DNA from: Rhodospirillales bacterium
Lineage (GTDB): Bacteria; Pseudomonadota; Alphaproteobacteria; Acetobacterales; Acetobacteraceae
Assembly: GCA_025352665.1 (NCBI GenBank)
Contig: JANXSM010000054.1
Span: forward strand, 7,027-71,026
Length of the DNA stretch: 64,000 bases
Direction of reading: 5' to 3'
Below are positions 43,676 to 53,258 of the stretch, piece after piece. The notes beneath the pieces are model-generated. The model was not told the DNA's origin and made no database searches. It saw only the letters and a program-made list of their open reading frames with translations. The position numbers and the translations under genes are program-made. The number at the start of each line of letters is the position of its first letter. The stretch's first letter is position 1.

Positions 43676-43951
43676 TCAGACCGCCCGACGCGACTGGATC
43701 TCTTGATTCAACCGACGCAACGACTGAAAAATTGCGGTGTTGTTCTCATCGTCCGCCCGCAGCTTCACGCCATAGGTCTGCGACACAGCCAGTGCGATCT
43801 CCAGAATGTCGATCGAATCGAGCCCCAGTCCCTCCCCATACAGGGGTGCTTGCGGGTCGATCGCGTCTGCGGCAGTTTCAAGGTTCAGGGTCTTCATAAT
43901 CAAGGCGGCCAACTCGGCCTCCTGGGAACTCTGCAGCGTTTCGCCGATCAT
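43676..43951 (-). CDS. acyl carrier protein
   Basis: 91 aa with the phosphopantetheine attachment motif 'GLGLDSIDILE'. Confidence 0.85.
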   Translation of the reverse strand: MIGETLQSSQEAELAALIMKTLNLETAADAIDPQAPLYGEGLGLDSIDILEIALAVSQTYGVKLRADDENNTAIFQSLRRLNQEIQSRRAV

Positions 43952-43988
43952 TCGACTTTCCGGGACCTAATTACACCCATCATTGGGG

Positions 43989-44004
43989 CATCAATACTTT
44001 GATG
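43989..44004. promoter_or_regulatory. 6-4-6 palindrome CATCAA-TACT-TTGATG, 38 nt upstream of the ACP start
   Basis: Perfect inverted repeat in the AT-rich 90-bp gap preceding the 13-gene operon. Candidate operator. Confidence 0.3.
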
Positions 44005-44041
44005 GTTTTGCCGCAGCGCGTCCAGACAACATATAATTTCG

Positions 44042-45610
44042 CTATTGCATCCGAAAATCGGCCGCGAACGTACGTTCGTCGGTACGCGGTGTGATGGCAA
44101 TGCCCTGTCGGGCCGCCCAGGTGGTCGCCTGGAAATGCATCGGCAGGATCGCGCCGGTGTCGACCGCCAGATGCGCCGCCTGCTGCAACAGCGAAAGCCG
44201 CTCGCCGTCATCGGCCGTCACCAGCGCGCGAGACAGAAAACCGTCCACGTCGCGATTGCAGTAGAAGCTCCAATTGTACAGTCCGCCGCCGGTCTTGGGG
44301 TCCTGGCACGCAATGATGGCGCGCAGGCTGGAGCTCGATTCGCCGGTCTGCGCGCCGAACCCGATCAACCCGAACGAGAACTCGCCCTTCGCCCCACGCG
44401 GCGCATAGGCGGCCATCGGCAACGTATCCACAGAGGCGGTTATGCCGACACGGGCGAACATCTGTGCCACCGCCTGCACGATCTGCGCATCGTTCACCAG
44501 GCGGTCGTTCGGCCCGTTGATGGTCATGGCGAAACCATCGGGGTAGCCAGCCTCGACCAGCAGCTTCTTCGCTCCGTCCGGATCATATGGCATCGTCTTC
44601 AGCGTGGGATCGAAGCCGAACAGCGTCTCGGGCACCAGGTTGGCGGTGGGATAGCCCAGCCCCGCCATCACCCGGTCGGCGATCAGCGGCCGGTTGATCG
44701 CCATCGACAGCGCGCGCCGCACCCGCACATCCATCAGCGGATTATGCGCGAGCTTGCTGCCATCCCTCGCCCGCACCTGCGGCGTGTCGTCACGCCCGGA
44801 ATCAAGGAAAAAATACACCAGCCGCCCCGACACCTTCTGCGCGAACACCAACTTTGGGTTGCCCTTCACCGATGCCAGATCCGTGCTCGGCACGCCCTCG
44901 ATCGCATCGACATCTCCGGACAGCAGCCCGGCCAGCCGCGCCGCGTTGTTGGGAATGAAACGCACCGTCACATGATCCCAGGTCGGCTTCGCATCCCAGT
45001 TCTGCGGATAGGGGGCCAACTCCACCCGATCGTCGCGCAGGAACGACACGAAGCGATACGGCCCCGTCCCCACCATGCCACGCCCGCGACCGAACTCCTC
45101 GGTGGCAACCCCCGTGGCCGCCTGCTTGTTGAGGATGAAGATCAGGCTGAGGTCGCTCAGCAGCAACGGATAGGGTCCGGCCGTGGTGATCCGCACCGTG
45201 TGCGCGTCCACCGCAGTCTTGCTCTGGATCGCCCTCACATAAAGGCCGAAACCCGCCGGCGAGTTCACCAGCGTGGGCGGTCGTTCCAGCGAGAAGATCA
45301 CGTCCTCGGCGGTAACCGGCGCGCCATTGTGGAAGGTCGCACCCGGGCGGAGGTGGAAATCCCAGGTGGTATCGCTCACCCGTGTCCACGACTCGGCAAG
45401 CCCCGGCGTGATGCGGCTGTCCGGGTCCATCCGCACCAGGCTGTCGAACATGTTCTGCGCGACATTGAGATTGGCCGCGAGGTTGTGGAACTGCGGGTCC
45501 ATCGAACTCGGCGAGGAACTCAACGCCAGCCTGAGATCCGCCGCATGCGCCGCCCACGGCAAGGCCGCGGTCAGCCCCAGAGCCAGCAAATTCCGCAAGG
45601 TTCTGCGCAT
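44042..45610 (-). CDS. ABC transporter substrate-binding protein, family 5 (peptide/nickel/opine type)
   Basis: Signal peptide 'MRRTLRNLLALGLTAALPWAAHA'. 522 aa with family-5 SBP sequence. Confidence 0.85.
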   Translation of the reverse strand: MRRTLRNLLALGLTAALPWAAHAADLRLALSSSPSSMDPQFHNLAANLNVAQNMFDSLVRMDPDSRITPGLAESWTRVSDTTWDFHLRPGATFHNGAPVTAEDVIFSLERPPTLVNSPAGFGLYVRAIQSKTAVDAHTVRITTAGPYPLLLSDLSLIFILNKQAATGVATEEFGRGRGMVGTGPYRFVSFLRDDRVELAPYPQNWDAKPTWDHVTVRFIPNNAARLAGLLSGDVDAIEGVPSTDLASVKGNPKLVFAQKVSGRLVYFFLDSGRDDTPQVRARDGSKLAHNPLMDVRVRRALSMAINRPLIADRVMAGLGYPTANLVPETLFGFDPTLKTMPYDPDGAKKLLVEAGYPDGFAMTINGPNDRLVNDAQIVQAVAQMFARVGITASVDTLPMAAYAPRGAKGEFSFGLIGFGAQTGESSSSLRAIIACQDPKTGGGLYNWSFYCNRDVDGFLSRALVTADDGERLSLLQQAAHLAVDTGAILPMHFQATTWAARQGIAITPRTDERTFAADFRMQ

Positions 45611-45673
45611 GATCGTGCCTCCCGATGTCGAAATCATCTTTCGATCAACCGCCAGGAAAGTCAAAGTGCGCTA

Positions 45674-46834
45674 ATGAACAGCCCCATGACCCCCGACCCG
45701 CGCACCCTCGCCTGCCTGGACCGGCTGATCGGCTTCAACACCGTCAGCCGCAACTCCAACCTCGACTGCATCGACTGGGCGCGCGCCCATCTGCGAACCC
45801 ACGGCGCCACCACACGCATGGACTGGAACGCGGACCGCACCAAGGCCAACATGCTGGCAACCTTCGGCGAAGGCCCGGGCGGCATCGTGCTGTCCGGCCA
45901 TGTCGATGTGGTGCCCGTCGACGGCCAGAACTGGATCAGCGACCCGTTCGTCGCCACCACCCGGAACGGCCGCGTCTACGGCCGCGGCGCCTGCGACATG
46001 AAAGGCTTCGATGCCGTGGTACTCGGCCACGTGCCCGACTACGCAGCAGCGAACCTCACGCAGCCGATCCACGTGGCGCTGACCTATGACGAGGAACTCG
46101 GCTGCCTCGGCATCCCGCATCTGATCGCAGCACTCGCGAGGTGGAACATCCGCCCCTCCGGCTGCATCGTCGGCGAGCCGACCTCGATGCGCCTGATCTC
46201 CGCCCACAAGGGTGGCCGCGTCTACCGCTGCGTCGTCACCGGCCAGGCCGCCCATTCCTCCCTCGCCCCCCACGCCGTCAACGCCATCGAATACGCCGCC
46301 CGCGTCATCGCCCGCATCCAGGACATCGCCGCCCGCGAACGCCACACCGGCCTGCGCGACCATGGGTTCGACGTGCCGCACACCACCATTTCAACCAATC
46401 TCATCACCGGCGGCAACGGCCCCAACATCGTGCCGGCCAGTGCTGAGTTCCTGTTCGACTATCGCTACGTGCCGGGCACGGACCCAGACGGCATCATAAA
46501 CGAGCTCGAATCCCTCGCCAGCCGCCTTACCGCCGAAATGCGCGAGGTCGATCCGAACGCAGGCATCGCCTTCATCCCCGTCAACGCCATTCCCGCCCTC
46601 GTCTCCGCCGAAGGCAGCGAAGTTTTCGCCCTCGCCCAGGACCTGCTGGACAACCGCAGCGACGGCCGCGTCTCCTACGGCACCGAGGCCGGCTTCTTCA
46701 GCAACGCCGCCATCCCCAGCATCGTCTGCGGCCCCGGCAGCATCGAACAGGCCCACAAGGCCGACGAATACGTCGAGCTCGACCAACTCGCCCGCTGCGA
46801 CCGGTTCATCTCGGACCTGGTCACCAGAGCGTGA
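45674..46834 (+). CDS. argE: acetylornithine deacetylase (M20 family, ArgE-type)
   Basis: 'LDRLIGFNTVSRNSNLDCIDW', 'GIVLSGHVDVVPVDGQNW', 'GRGACDMKGF'. ATG at 45674 inside the spurious 929-aa track ORF. Confidence 0.8.
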   Translation: MNSPMTPDPRTLACLDRLIGFNTVSRNSNLDCIDWARAHLRTHGATTRMDWNADRTKANMLATFGEGPGGIVLSGHVDVVPVDGQNWISDPFVATTRNGRVYGRGACDMKGFDAVVLGHVPDYAAANLTQPIHVALTYDEELGCLGIPHLIAALARWNIRPSGCIVGEPTSMRLISAHKGGRVYRCVVTGQAAHSSLAPHAVNAIEYAARVIARIQDIAARERHTGLRDHGFDVPHTTISTNLITGGNGPNIVPASAEFLFDYRYVPGTDPDGIINELESLASRLTAEMREVDPNAGIAFIPVNAIPALVSAEGSEVFALAQDLLDNRSDGRVSYGTEAGFFSNAAIPSIVCGPGSIEQAHKADEYVELDQLARCDRFISDLVTRA

Positions 46835-46873
46835 TGAGCGAAGGTGGAATCTCAGACGTCATCCAGCTCTAAG
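46826..46873. repeat. interspersed hairpin repeat, copy E (short, degenerate)
   Basis: AGAGCGTGATGAGCGAAGGTGGAATCTCAGACGTCATCCAGCTCTAAG. Shares the GGTGGAATC and CAGACGTCATCC..CTCTA blocks with copies A to D. The argE stop lies inside it. Confidence 0.6.
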
Positions 46874-46916
46874 CTGGCTTTTTGAAACCAATCCGCCACC
46901 CCGTCGTTGCAGGTCG

Positions 46917-48350
46917 ATGAAGGGCAGCGACATCTTCGAGACCGACGTTCCCAACCGGCTCGACCGACTGCCCTGGAGCCGCTTCCATTGGCTGGTGGTG
47001 ACCGCCCTCGGCATCACCTGGATCCTGGATGGGCTGGAGGTCACTCTGGTCGGCTCCCTCGCCGGCGCCATCTCCGCAAGTCCCAGCCTGCGGCTGAGCG
47101 AAACGCAGTTCGGCCTCACCGCCAGCTGCTATTTGGTCGGCGCCGTGATCGGCGCGTTGTTCTTCGGCTGGCTGACCGACAAGCTCGGCCGCAAGAAGCT
47201 GTTCACCATCACTGTGCTCATCTACCTGGTCGCCACCATCGCCTCCGGATTGTCTTGGAATTTCTGGTCGCTCGGACTGTTCCGCTTCATCACCGGCCTC
47301 GGCATCGGCGGTGAATACGCAGCCGTCAACGCCACCATCCAGGAGCTGATCCCCGCCCGCCGGCGTGGTTTCACCGACCTCATCATCAACGGCAGCTACT
47401 GGCTCGGGGCGGCCCTCGGCGCCGCAGGCTCCCTGGTGGTGCTGAACCCCGCCGTATTGAACCCGGAATTCGGCTGGCGCCTGGCCTTCGTCATCGGCGG
47501 CGTCATTGGTCTCGGCGTGCTGTTCCTGCGCCGCTTCATTCCCGAAAGCCCACGCTGGCTGATGACCCACGGAAGGCCCGAAGAAGCCGACCGCGTGGTC
47601 GCCCAGCTGGAAGCACGCGTGGCTGCGGAAACCGGTGCACCGCTGCCACCAATACCCCCTGGCAAACTGCGCCTGCGCCGGCACCAAGGCGGCTGGTTCC
47701 TCCCCAGCCTGCGTGTGCTCGCCCGTGACTACCGCGACCGCACCATCCTGGGCGTGGCGCTGATGGGCTCGCAGGCGTTCTGCTACAACGCCGTGCTGTT
47801 CACCTACGCGCTGATGCTGACCAAATTCTACGCCGTACCCAGCGGCGAGATCGGCTGGTTCATGCTGCCCTTCGCCATCGGCAACTTCATGGGCCCCCTG
47901 CTGCTGGGCAGCTTGTTCGACACGCTCGGCCGCAAGACCATGATCGTTGCCACCTACACCATTTCCGGCGTGCTGATGGCCGTGGTCGGCTGGCTATTCG
48001 TGCACAGCGCCCTTTCGGCCATGCAGCAGACCATGCTCTGGACGCTCATTTTCTTCTTCGCCTCCGCCGCCGCGTCCTCAGCCTACCTGACCGTCGGCGA
48101 AACCTTCCCGCTGGAGGTCCGCGCCGTCGCCATCAGCGTGTTCTATGCGCTCGGCACGGCGGTCGGCGGCGTCGCCGGCCCGCTGATCTTCGGCGCCCTG
48201 ATCCAGACCGGCGATCGCAGCGAGCTGTTCTACGGCTACCTGCTGGCCGGCAGCCTCATGCTGCTCGCAGCCCTCGCCGAAGCCATCATCGGAGTGAAGG
48301 CCGAGCGCCGCTCGCTGGAGGAGGTCGCACCGCCGCTCTCTGCCGCGTGA
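46917..48350 (+). CDS. MFS transporter (sugar-porter/metabolite:H+ symporter type)
   Basis: 477 aa; 'GWLTDKLGRKK' and 'PESPRWL' signatures. Confidence 0.85.
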   Translation: MKGSDIFETDVPNRLDRLPWSRFHWLVVTALGITWILDGLEVTLVGSLAGAISASPSLRLSETQFGLTASCYLVGAVIGALFFGWLTDKLGRKKLFTITVLIYLVATIASGLSWNFWSLGLFRFITGLGIGGEYAAVNATIQELIPARRRGFTDLIINGSYWLGAALGAAGSLVVLNPAVLNPEFGWRLAFVIGGVIGLGVLFLRRFIPESPRWLMTHGRPEEADRVVAQLEARVAAETGAPLPPIPPGKLRLRRHQGGWFLPSLRVLARDYRDRTILGVALMGSQAFCYNAVLFTYALMLTKFYAVPSGEIGWFMLPFAIGNFMGPLLLGSLFDTLGRKTMIVATYTISGVLMAVVGWLFVHSALSAMQQTMLWTLIFFFASAAASSAYLTVGETFPLEVRAVAISVFYALGTAVGGVAGPLIFGALIQTGDRSELFYGYLLAGSLMLLAALAEAIIGVKAERRSLEEVAPPLSAA

Positions 48351-48388
48351 AAATCCTGATAAAGTGCTTCAGTAATAGTAATAAACCA

Positions 48389-48414
48389 GCTCTTCTTTTT
48401 TGAAAAAAAGAAGC
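48389..48414. terminator. A/T-rich palindrome between convergent genes (candidate bidirectional terminator)
   Basis: CTTCTTTTTT-GA-AAAAAAGAAG within the only strongly AT-rich stretch between 48350 and 48432. Confidence 0.35.
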
Positions 48415-48431
48415 AAAAAACTTTCAATGGT

Positions 48432-49571
48432 TCAGCCTGCCGCCAGATCGGTATGGCCCACGCCCACAACACCCATCTCAGCCATCGTCTCGGCGACCGC
48501 ACCCATCGCCTCCGCCATGTCGGCCTCCGTCACGTCGCCCATGCAGCCGATGCGAAACGTGTCGGCCAGAGCCAGGCGGCCCGGGAAGATGATGAAACCG
48601 CGCGCCTCCATACCCTCGAATAGCTTCTGGAAGTCGAACGCGGGGTGCGCAGGATTGTGGAAGGTGGCAACAATGGGTGAGGCGAATTCGTCGGGCACCA
48701 CGGTCGCAAACCCCATCTGGCGCATCCCGTCCACCAGACGACGCCAATTGCGCTGGTAGCGCGCAAGCCGTGCCGGAGCACCCCCCTCCGCCTCGTGCTC
48801 CCGGCACGCCTGGGCGAATGCCGCCAGAACCTGCGTCGGCGGCGTGAAGCGGAAGCCGCCAATGCGGTCCATGTGCTGGTTCTGGTCCCACAGGTCGAGC
48901 ACCAGCGTCGGGCAGTTGCCCTTGGCATTCTCCAGCGCCGTCTTCTGCACCACCGACCAGCCGATCCCCGGGGCAGACTGCATGCATTTGTTCGATGAGA
49001 TCGTGATCGCCTGAAACCCCAGCCGCCGCGCGCTGATGTCGATGGCCCCGAAACTCGCCACCGCATCGATCAGCAAACCCAGCTTGTGGCGCTTGCACAA
49101 ATCGGCCAGCTCCTCCAGCGGATTGAGCACGCCGGTGCTGGTCTCGCAATGCACCACCATCACATGGGTGATGGCGGGATCGGCCAAAATCGCCGCCTCG
49201 AACTGCGCCGTCGTCGCCGGCACGAACGGAGGTGTGCGGATAACGCTGTGCGCCTTGCCGCTATGAGCGCAGATCTCGATCAGCCGGTCGCCATAAACGC
49301 CGTTGCTATGGATCAGCAGCTTGCCACCTGGTGGCACCAAAGTCGCAATGATGGCCTCGTTGGCATAGGTGGCACTGCCGGGCAACGGAATGGTGGTGTA
49401 GGCGCCCTGGCCCCCGACCAAACTCACCAGATAGTCGCGGGCAAACTGGAGATCACCCTGGAATTCGACGCCGCCCGACGCACGATCCTTCAACATGACC
49501 AATTTGGTCGACATCGAAACGCTGACCGGCCCAGGCGTCAGCAACAACGGATCAGATGCGTTTCGTGCCAT
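48432..49571 (-). CDS. phnW: class V aminotransferase, 2-aminoethylphosphonate:pyruvate transaminase-like
   Basis: 'LLLTPGPVSVS', 'HCETSTGVLNP', PLP-Lys context 'ISSNKCMQSAPG', 'FRIGCMGDV'. Collinear with PhnW as I remember it. Confidence 0.7.
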   Translation of the reverse strand: MARNASDPLLLTPGPVSVSMSTKLVMLKDRASGGVEFQGDLQFARDYLVSLVGGQGAYTTIPLPGSATYANEAIIATLVPPGGKLLIHSNGVYGDRLIEICAHSGKAHSVIRTPPFVPATTAQFEAAILADPAITHVMVVHCETSTGVLNPLEELADLCKRHKLGLLIDAVASFGAIDISARRLGFQAITISSNKCMQSAPGIGWSVVQKTALENAKGNCPTLVLDLWDQNQHMDRIGGFRFTPPTQVLAAFAQACREHEAEGGAPARLARYQRNWRRLVDGMRQMGFATVVPDEFASPIVATFHNPAHPAFDFQKLFEGMEARGFIIFPGRLALADTFRIGCMGDVTEADMAEAMGAVAETMAEMGVVGVGHTDLAAG

Positions 49572-49845
49572 ATCCAGCTTCCTGACCATTTATGCACCAA
49601 GCCGTAGCAATTTCCGTGCGCAGGATCGCGGTCGCGGTTTCATGCATTCGTTGCATCGCGCACCGCCGCACAAATAAGCACATAGACCAGGAATGCAGCA
49701 ACGACTGCCTCATATTCAATCTGCATTATCGTTCGCGCTGCACAAGCCATAATAACTGGTCTCATTTTTTCTTGACTCGCCCCAGCATCCCTCGCCTAGC
49801 ATCAAGCCGTTCTCGTCCATCAGACGTTCCTGGGGAGCGCCACGA

Positions 49846-51447
49846 ATGAAGCATCGTACGATCGGCTTGCTATCCTCTGCCCTCGCGCTGGCACTGGCCA
49901 CCTCCACATTCCTCACAGCCCCCGCCCACGCCGCCCAGCGCGGCGGCACGCTCGTGTTCGCCCGTGTGGCAGACAACATCTTTCTTGATCCCGCCCACAC
50001 CGCCCAGAACGCGGATATCTGGATCTCACTCAACCTCTACGACACGCTGCTGATCGCCACCGCCGATGGCAAAGCCACCGAGCCGGGCCTGGCCACCGAC
50101 ACCAAGGTAGCGCCCGACGGTAAAACACTCACCTTCACCATGCGCCCGAACATCAAGTTCGCCGATGGCTCGCCGATCCTGGTGAGCGACGTTAAATGGT
50201 CTCTCGACCGCGCCCGCGGCAAGGACACCGGCGACGAATTCGCCTTCCTGCTCGCCTCCATCGACAGCATCGATACCCAAGGAGCCGACACCGTCACTCT
50301 TCACATGAAGCACGCGGACCCGACCATCCTGCAGGCGCTCGCCACCTTCAACGCCGGTATCATGTCGGAGAAGCTGGTGATGGCCGCACCCGGTGCCAAC
50401 CTTGCAGAAAAGTCCAAGGCCTTTGCCGAACACCCGATCGGCTCAGGCCCGTTCGTGCTGACCAGCTGGAAGCGCAACGCCGAGCTGGTGATGTCGCGCA
50501 ACCCGTACTATTGGAAAATAGCCCCGGACGGCAAACCGCTGCCCTATCTGGACGCAGTGAAGTTCGTCAACATCCCTGACGATGCCACGCGAGTTCTGAA
50601 GCTGAAGGCCGGCGAGGTCGACGCCGTGGAGTTTGTGCCCTACTCGCGCGCCGCCGAACTGAAGGCCGACCCGAAGCTGAACATGGTTCTGTTTCCAGCA
50701 GCACAGATCAACTACTTCGCCATGAACACCCGCCCGACCCTGAAGGACGGCAGCAAAAACCCGCTGAACGACGTGCGGGTGCGCCAGGCGCTGAACTACG
50801 CGACCGACAAGGAGGCGATAATCCAGGTCGTCTCCTACGGCACCGGCACGCCACAGCAGAGCTTCATGCCGATGTCCACCCCGCTCGCCGTCGGCAACGG
50901 TCCGCTGTATCCCTACGATATCACCAAGGCCAAGAAGCTGCTGGCCGATGCCGGGTATCCCAAAGGCTTCGAAGTCACCTGCATGGTTCTCGCAGGCTCG
51001 GCGGACGACACCGCCAAGGTCGCTTCGCTGCAGCAGATGTGGGCCGATGTCGGCGTCACGCTGAAGGCCGAACAGCTCGAATCGGCCACCCGCCTCGCCC
51101 GCTATGCCGCGTCCGACTACCAGATGCGCACCGGCCTGTGGACCAACGACATCAACGACCCCAACGAGATCACCTCCGTGATCGCCTACTACCCCACCCG
51201 CCAGTCCGCCCGCACCGGATGGCAGAGCAAACGGGTCGACGAGTTGTTCGAAATGAGCCAGGAGGAACTGGATCCGGCCAAGCGCGCCGCCGAATATGCC
51301 GAAATCCAAAAGATCTATGCCGAAGCCGCTCCAATCATCTTCACCATGGAAGTGCCCTACCCCGTCGCCATGCTCAAGAAGGTGAAGGACTTCCAGCAGA
51401 TCCCGCTGGGCAACAACATCTTCCTGAACACCTACCTGGACAAGTAA
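49846..51447 (+). CDS. ABC transporter substrate-binding protein, family 5 (peptide/nickel type)
   Basis: Signal peptide '..ALALATSTFLTAPAHA'. 533 aa. GGGGAG SD lies upstream. Confidence 0.85.
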   Translation: MKHRTIGLLSSALALALATSTFLTAPAHAAQRGGTLVFARVADNIFLDPAHTAQNADIWISLNLYDTLLIATADGKATEPGLATDTKVAPDGKTLTFTMRPNIKFADGSPILVSDVKWSLDRARGKDTGDEFAFLLASIDSIDTQGADTVTLHMKHADPTILQALATFNAGIMSEKLVMAAPGANLAEKSKAFAEHPIGSGPFVLTSWKRNAELVMSRNPYYWKIAPDGKPLPYLDAVKFVNIPDDATRVLKLKAGEVDAVEFVPYSRAAELKADPKLNMVLFPAAQINYFAMNTRPTLKDGSKNPLNDVRVRQALNYATDKEAIIQVVSYGTGTPQQSFMPMSTPLAVGNGPLYPYDITKAKKLLADAGYPKGFEVTCMVLAGSADDTAKVASLQQMWADVGVTLKAEQLESATRLARYAASDYQMRTGLWTNDINDPNEITSVIAYYPTRQSARTGWQSKRVDELFEMSQEELDPAKRAAEYAEIQKIYAEAAPIIFTMEVPYPVAMLKKVKDFQQIPLGNNIFLNTYLDK

Positions 51448-51453
51448 ACCGGC

Positions 51454-52392
51454 GTGAACATCCTGGCGATCCTGGCACGGCGGCTGCTGCATATCGCAGC
51501 CACCGTCGTGCTGGTGGCCCTGCTGATCTTCGTGCTGATGCATTTCCTGCCCGGGGACCCCGTGATGATGCTGCTCGGCGATCGTGCCAGCGACGAGCAG
51601 ATCGCCAACATGCGCCACAGGCTCGGCTTCGACCGCAGCGTGGTCGAGCAGTTCTGGGAATTCCTCAAAATGACCGCCTCGCTGCAGTTCGGCGAGTCGG
51701 TCAGCATGAAGGTGCCCGTCATCTCGCTCATCGTCGACCGGCTGCCGATAACATTGATGCTGACGTCGATGGCCGTGGTGCTCGCGGTGCTGATCGCAGC
51801 CCCGCTCGCCTTCATCGCAGCCCTGCGCCAAGGCGGCATCGCAGACGCCATCATCCGCGTCATCTCCCAGGTCAGCCTGTCGATGCCAGTGTTCTACATC
51901 GGCCTGATCCTGCTCATCACGCTGGCCGCCGGTCTGCGCTGGTTCCCGGTCGGCGGCATCGGCGAGAATTTCTTCCAGAACCTGTACTACCTGTTCCTGC
52001 CCGCGCTCACCCTCGCCCTCAGCCTGTCCGCCATCCTGCTGCGTAACCTGCGCGAGGCGCTGATCGAAGTGTTGCAGGCGGATTATGTGAGTTTCGCCAC
52101 CGCCAAGGGCCTGATGCGCCACACCGTGCTCGGCCGCCACGTGCTACGCAACGCCTGGATCTCCACCATCACGCTGCTCGGCCTGCACGTCGGCTCGCTG
52201 GTCGGCGGTGCCGTCATCACTGAAACGGTGTTCGCCATCCCAGGCGTCGGCCGGCTGATGATCGACAGCATCTTCGCGCGAGACTACGCCGTGGTGCAGG
52301 GCCTGACGATGATCCTGGCTGTCATGGTCTCGATCGTCTTCCTCGCCGTCGACGCACTGCAGGCACTGCTCGACCCAAGGGTCTCGGCGTGA
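51454..52392 (+). CDS. ABC transporter permease (DppB/NikB-like)
   Basis: 312 aa with 6 transmembrane helices. GTG start. Confidence 0.85.
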   Translation: MNILAILARRLLHIAATVVLVALLIFVLMHFLPGDPVMMLLGDRASDEQIANMRHRLGFDRSVVEQFWEFLKMTASLQFGESVSMKVPVISLIVDRLPITLMLTSMAVVLAVLIAAPLAFIAALRQGGIADAIIRVISQVSLSMPVFYIGLILLITLAAGLRWFPVGGIGENFFQNLYYLFLPALTLALSLSAILLRNLREALIEVLQADYVSFATAKGLMRHTVLGRHVLRNAWISTITLLGLHVGSLVGGAVITETVFAIPGVGRLMIDSIFARDYAVVQGLTMILAVMVSIVFLAVDALQALLDPRVSA

Positions 52393-53258
52393 GTGCCGTG
52401 CAGGAAGTAGCCCCGCGGGAAGCAGCGATCGCGATGGCCCCGGGCAAACGAGCCCCCTTGAAGCTTGGGTCCAGCACGTTGGTGGGCGCTGTCATCCTGC
52501 TGCTGTTCATCGCCTGCGCCGCCTTCCCCGACGCCATCGCCCCCTACGCCCCCAACAAGTTCGACTATCGCGCCACCCTGCGGCCACCATCCTGGGCGCA
52601 TCCCTTCGGCACCGACAATTTCGGCCGCGACGTGCTGTCCCGCACCATCTGGGCGGCCCGTATCGATCTGCAGATCGCCGTGTTCTGCACCCTGTTCCCA
52701 GCGATCTTTGGCACTTTCGTCGGCTGCCTCATCGGCTACACCGGCGGCGCGATCGACAGCGTGTTCCGCCGCATCGTCGATGTCGTCATCACCATTCCTT
52801 TCCTGGTGCTGGTCATCGCCATCGTGGCCGTGCTGGGCCCGGGCCTGACCAACATGTACATCGCCGTCAGCGCGGTGAACTGGATCGTCTACGCCCGCCT
52901 CATCCGCGGCGAGATCATCGCCCAGAAACGACGCGACTATGCCGCCGCCGGCCAGGTGATGGGTTACAGCGCCTCCCGCATCCTGTTTCGCCACCTGCTG
53001 CCCAACGCGCTCAGCCCCATCGTGGTGTACTGGATGACCGACATGGCGCTCGCCATCCTGCTCGGCTCCAGCCTGGGCTACCTCGGCCTCGGCGCGCAGC
53101 CGCCCACCTCCGAATGGGGCGTTCTGATCGGCGACGCCAAGAACTTCATGACCACGGCCTGGTGGATGTCGATCTTCCCCGGCATCGCCATCGTCATCGC
53201 CGGCACCGGCTTCAGCCTGCTCGGCGACGGCCTGGCCAGACTGGTGCGCAGGCGATGA
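52389..53258 (+). CDS. ABC transporter permease (DppC/NikC-like)
   Basis: 289 aa. GTGA overlap with the upstream permease gene. Confidence 0.85.
   Translation: MSAVQEVAPREAAIAMAPGKRAPLKLGSSTLVGAVILLLFIACAAFPDAIAPYAPNKFDYRATLRPPSWAHPFGTDNFGRDVLSRTIWAARIDLQIAVFCTLFPAIFGTFVGCLIGYTGGAIDSVFRRIVDVVITIPFLVLVIAIVAVLGPGLTNMYIAVSAVNWIVYARLIRGEIIAQKRRDYAAAGQVMGYSASRILFRHLLPNALSPIVVYWMTDMALAILLGSSLGYLGLGAQPPTSEWGVLIGDAKNFMTTAWWMSIFPGIAIVIAGTGFSLLGDGLARLVRRR

Noticed and set aside
5473-46873. The five related repeats as a CRISPR array or as IS/transposon ends
   Set aside because: The copies are tens of kilobases apart, not regularly spaced, in mixed orientation, and have no cas or transposase genes nearby. 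They fit a REP/MITE-like dispersed family instead.
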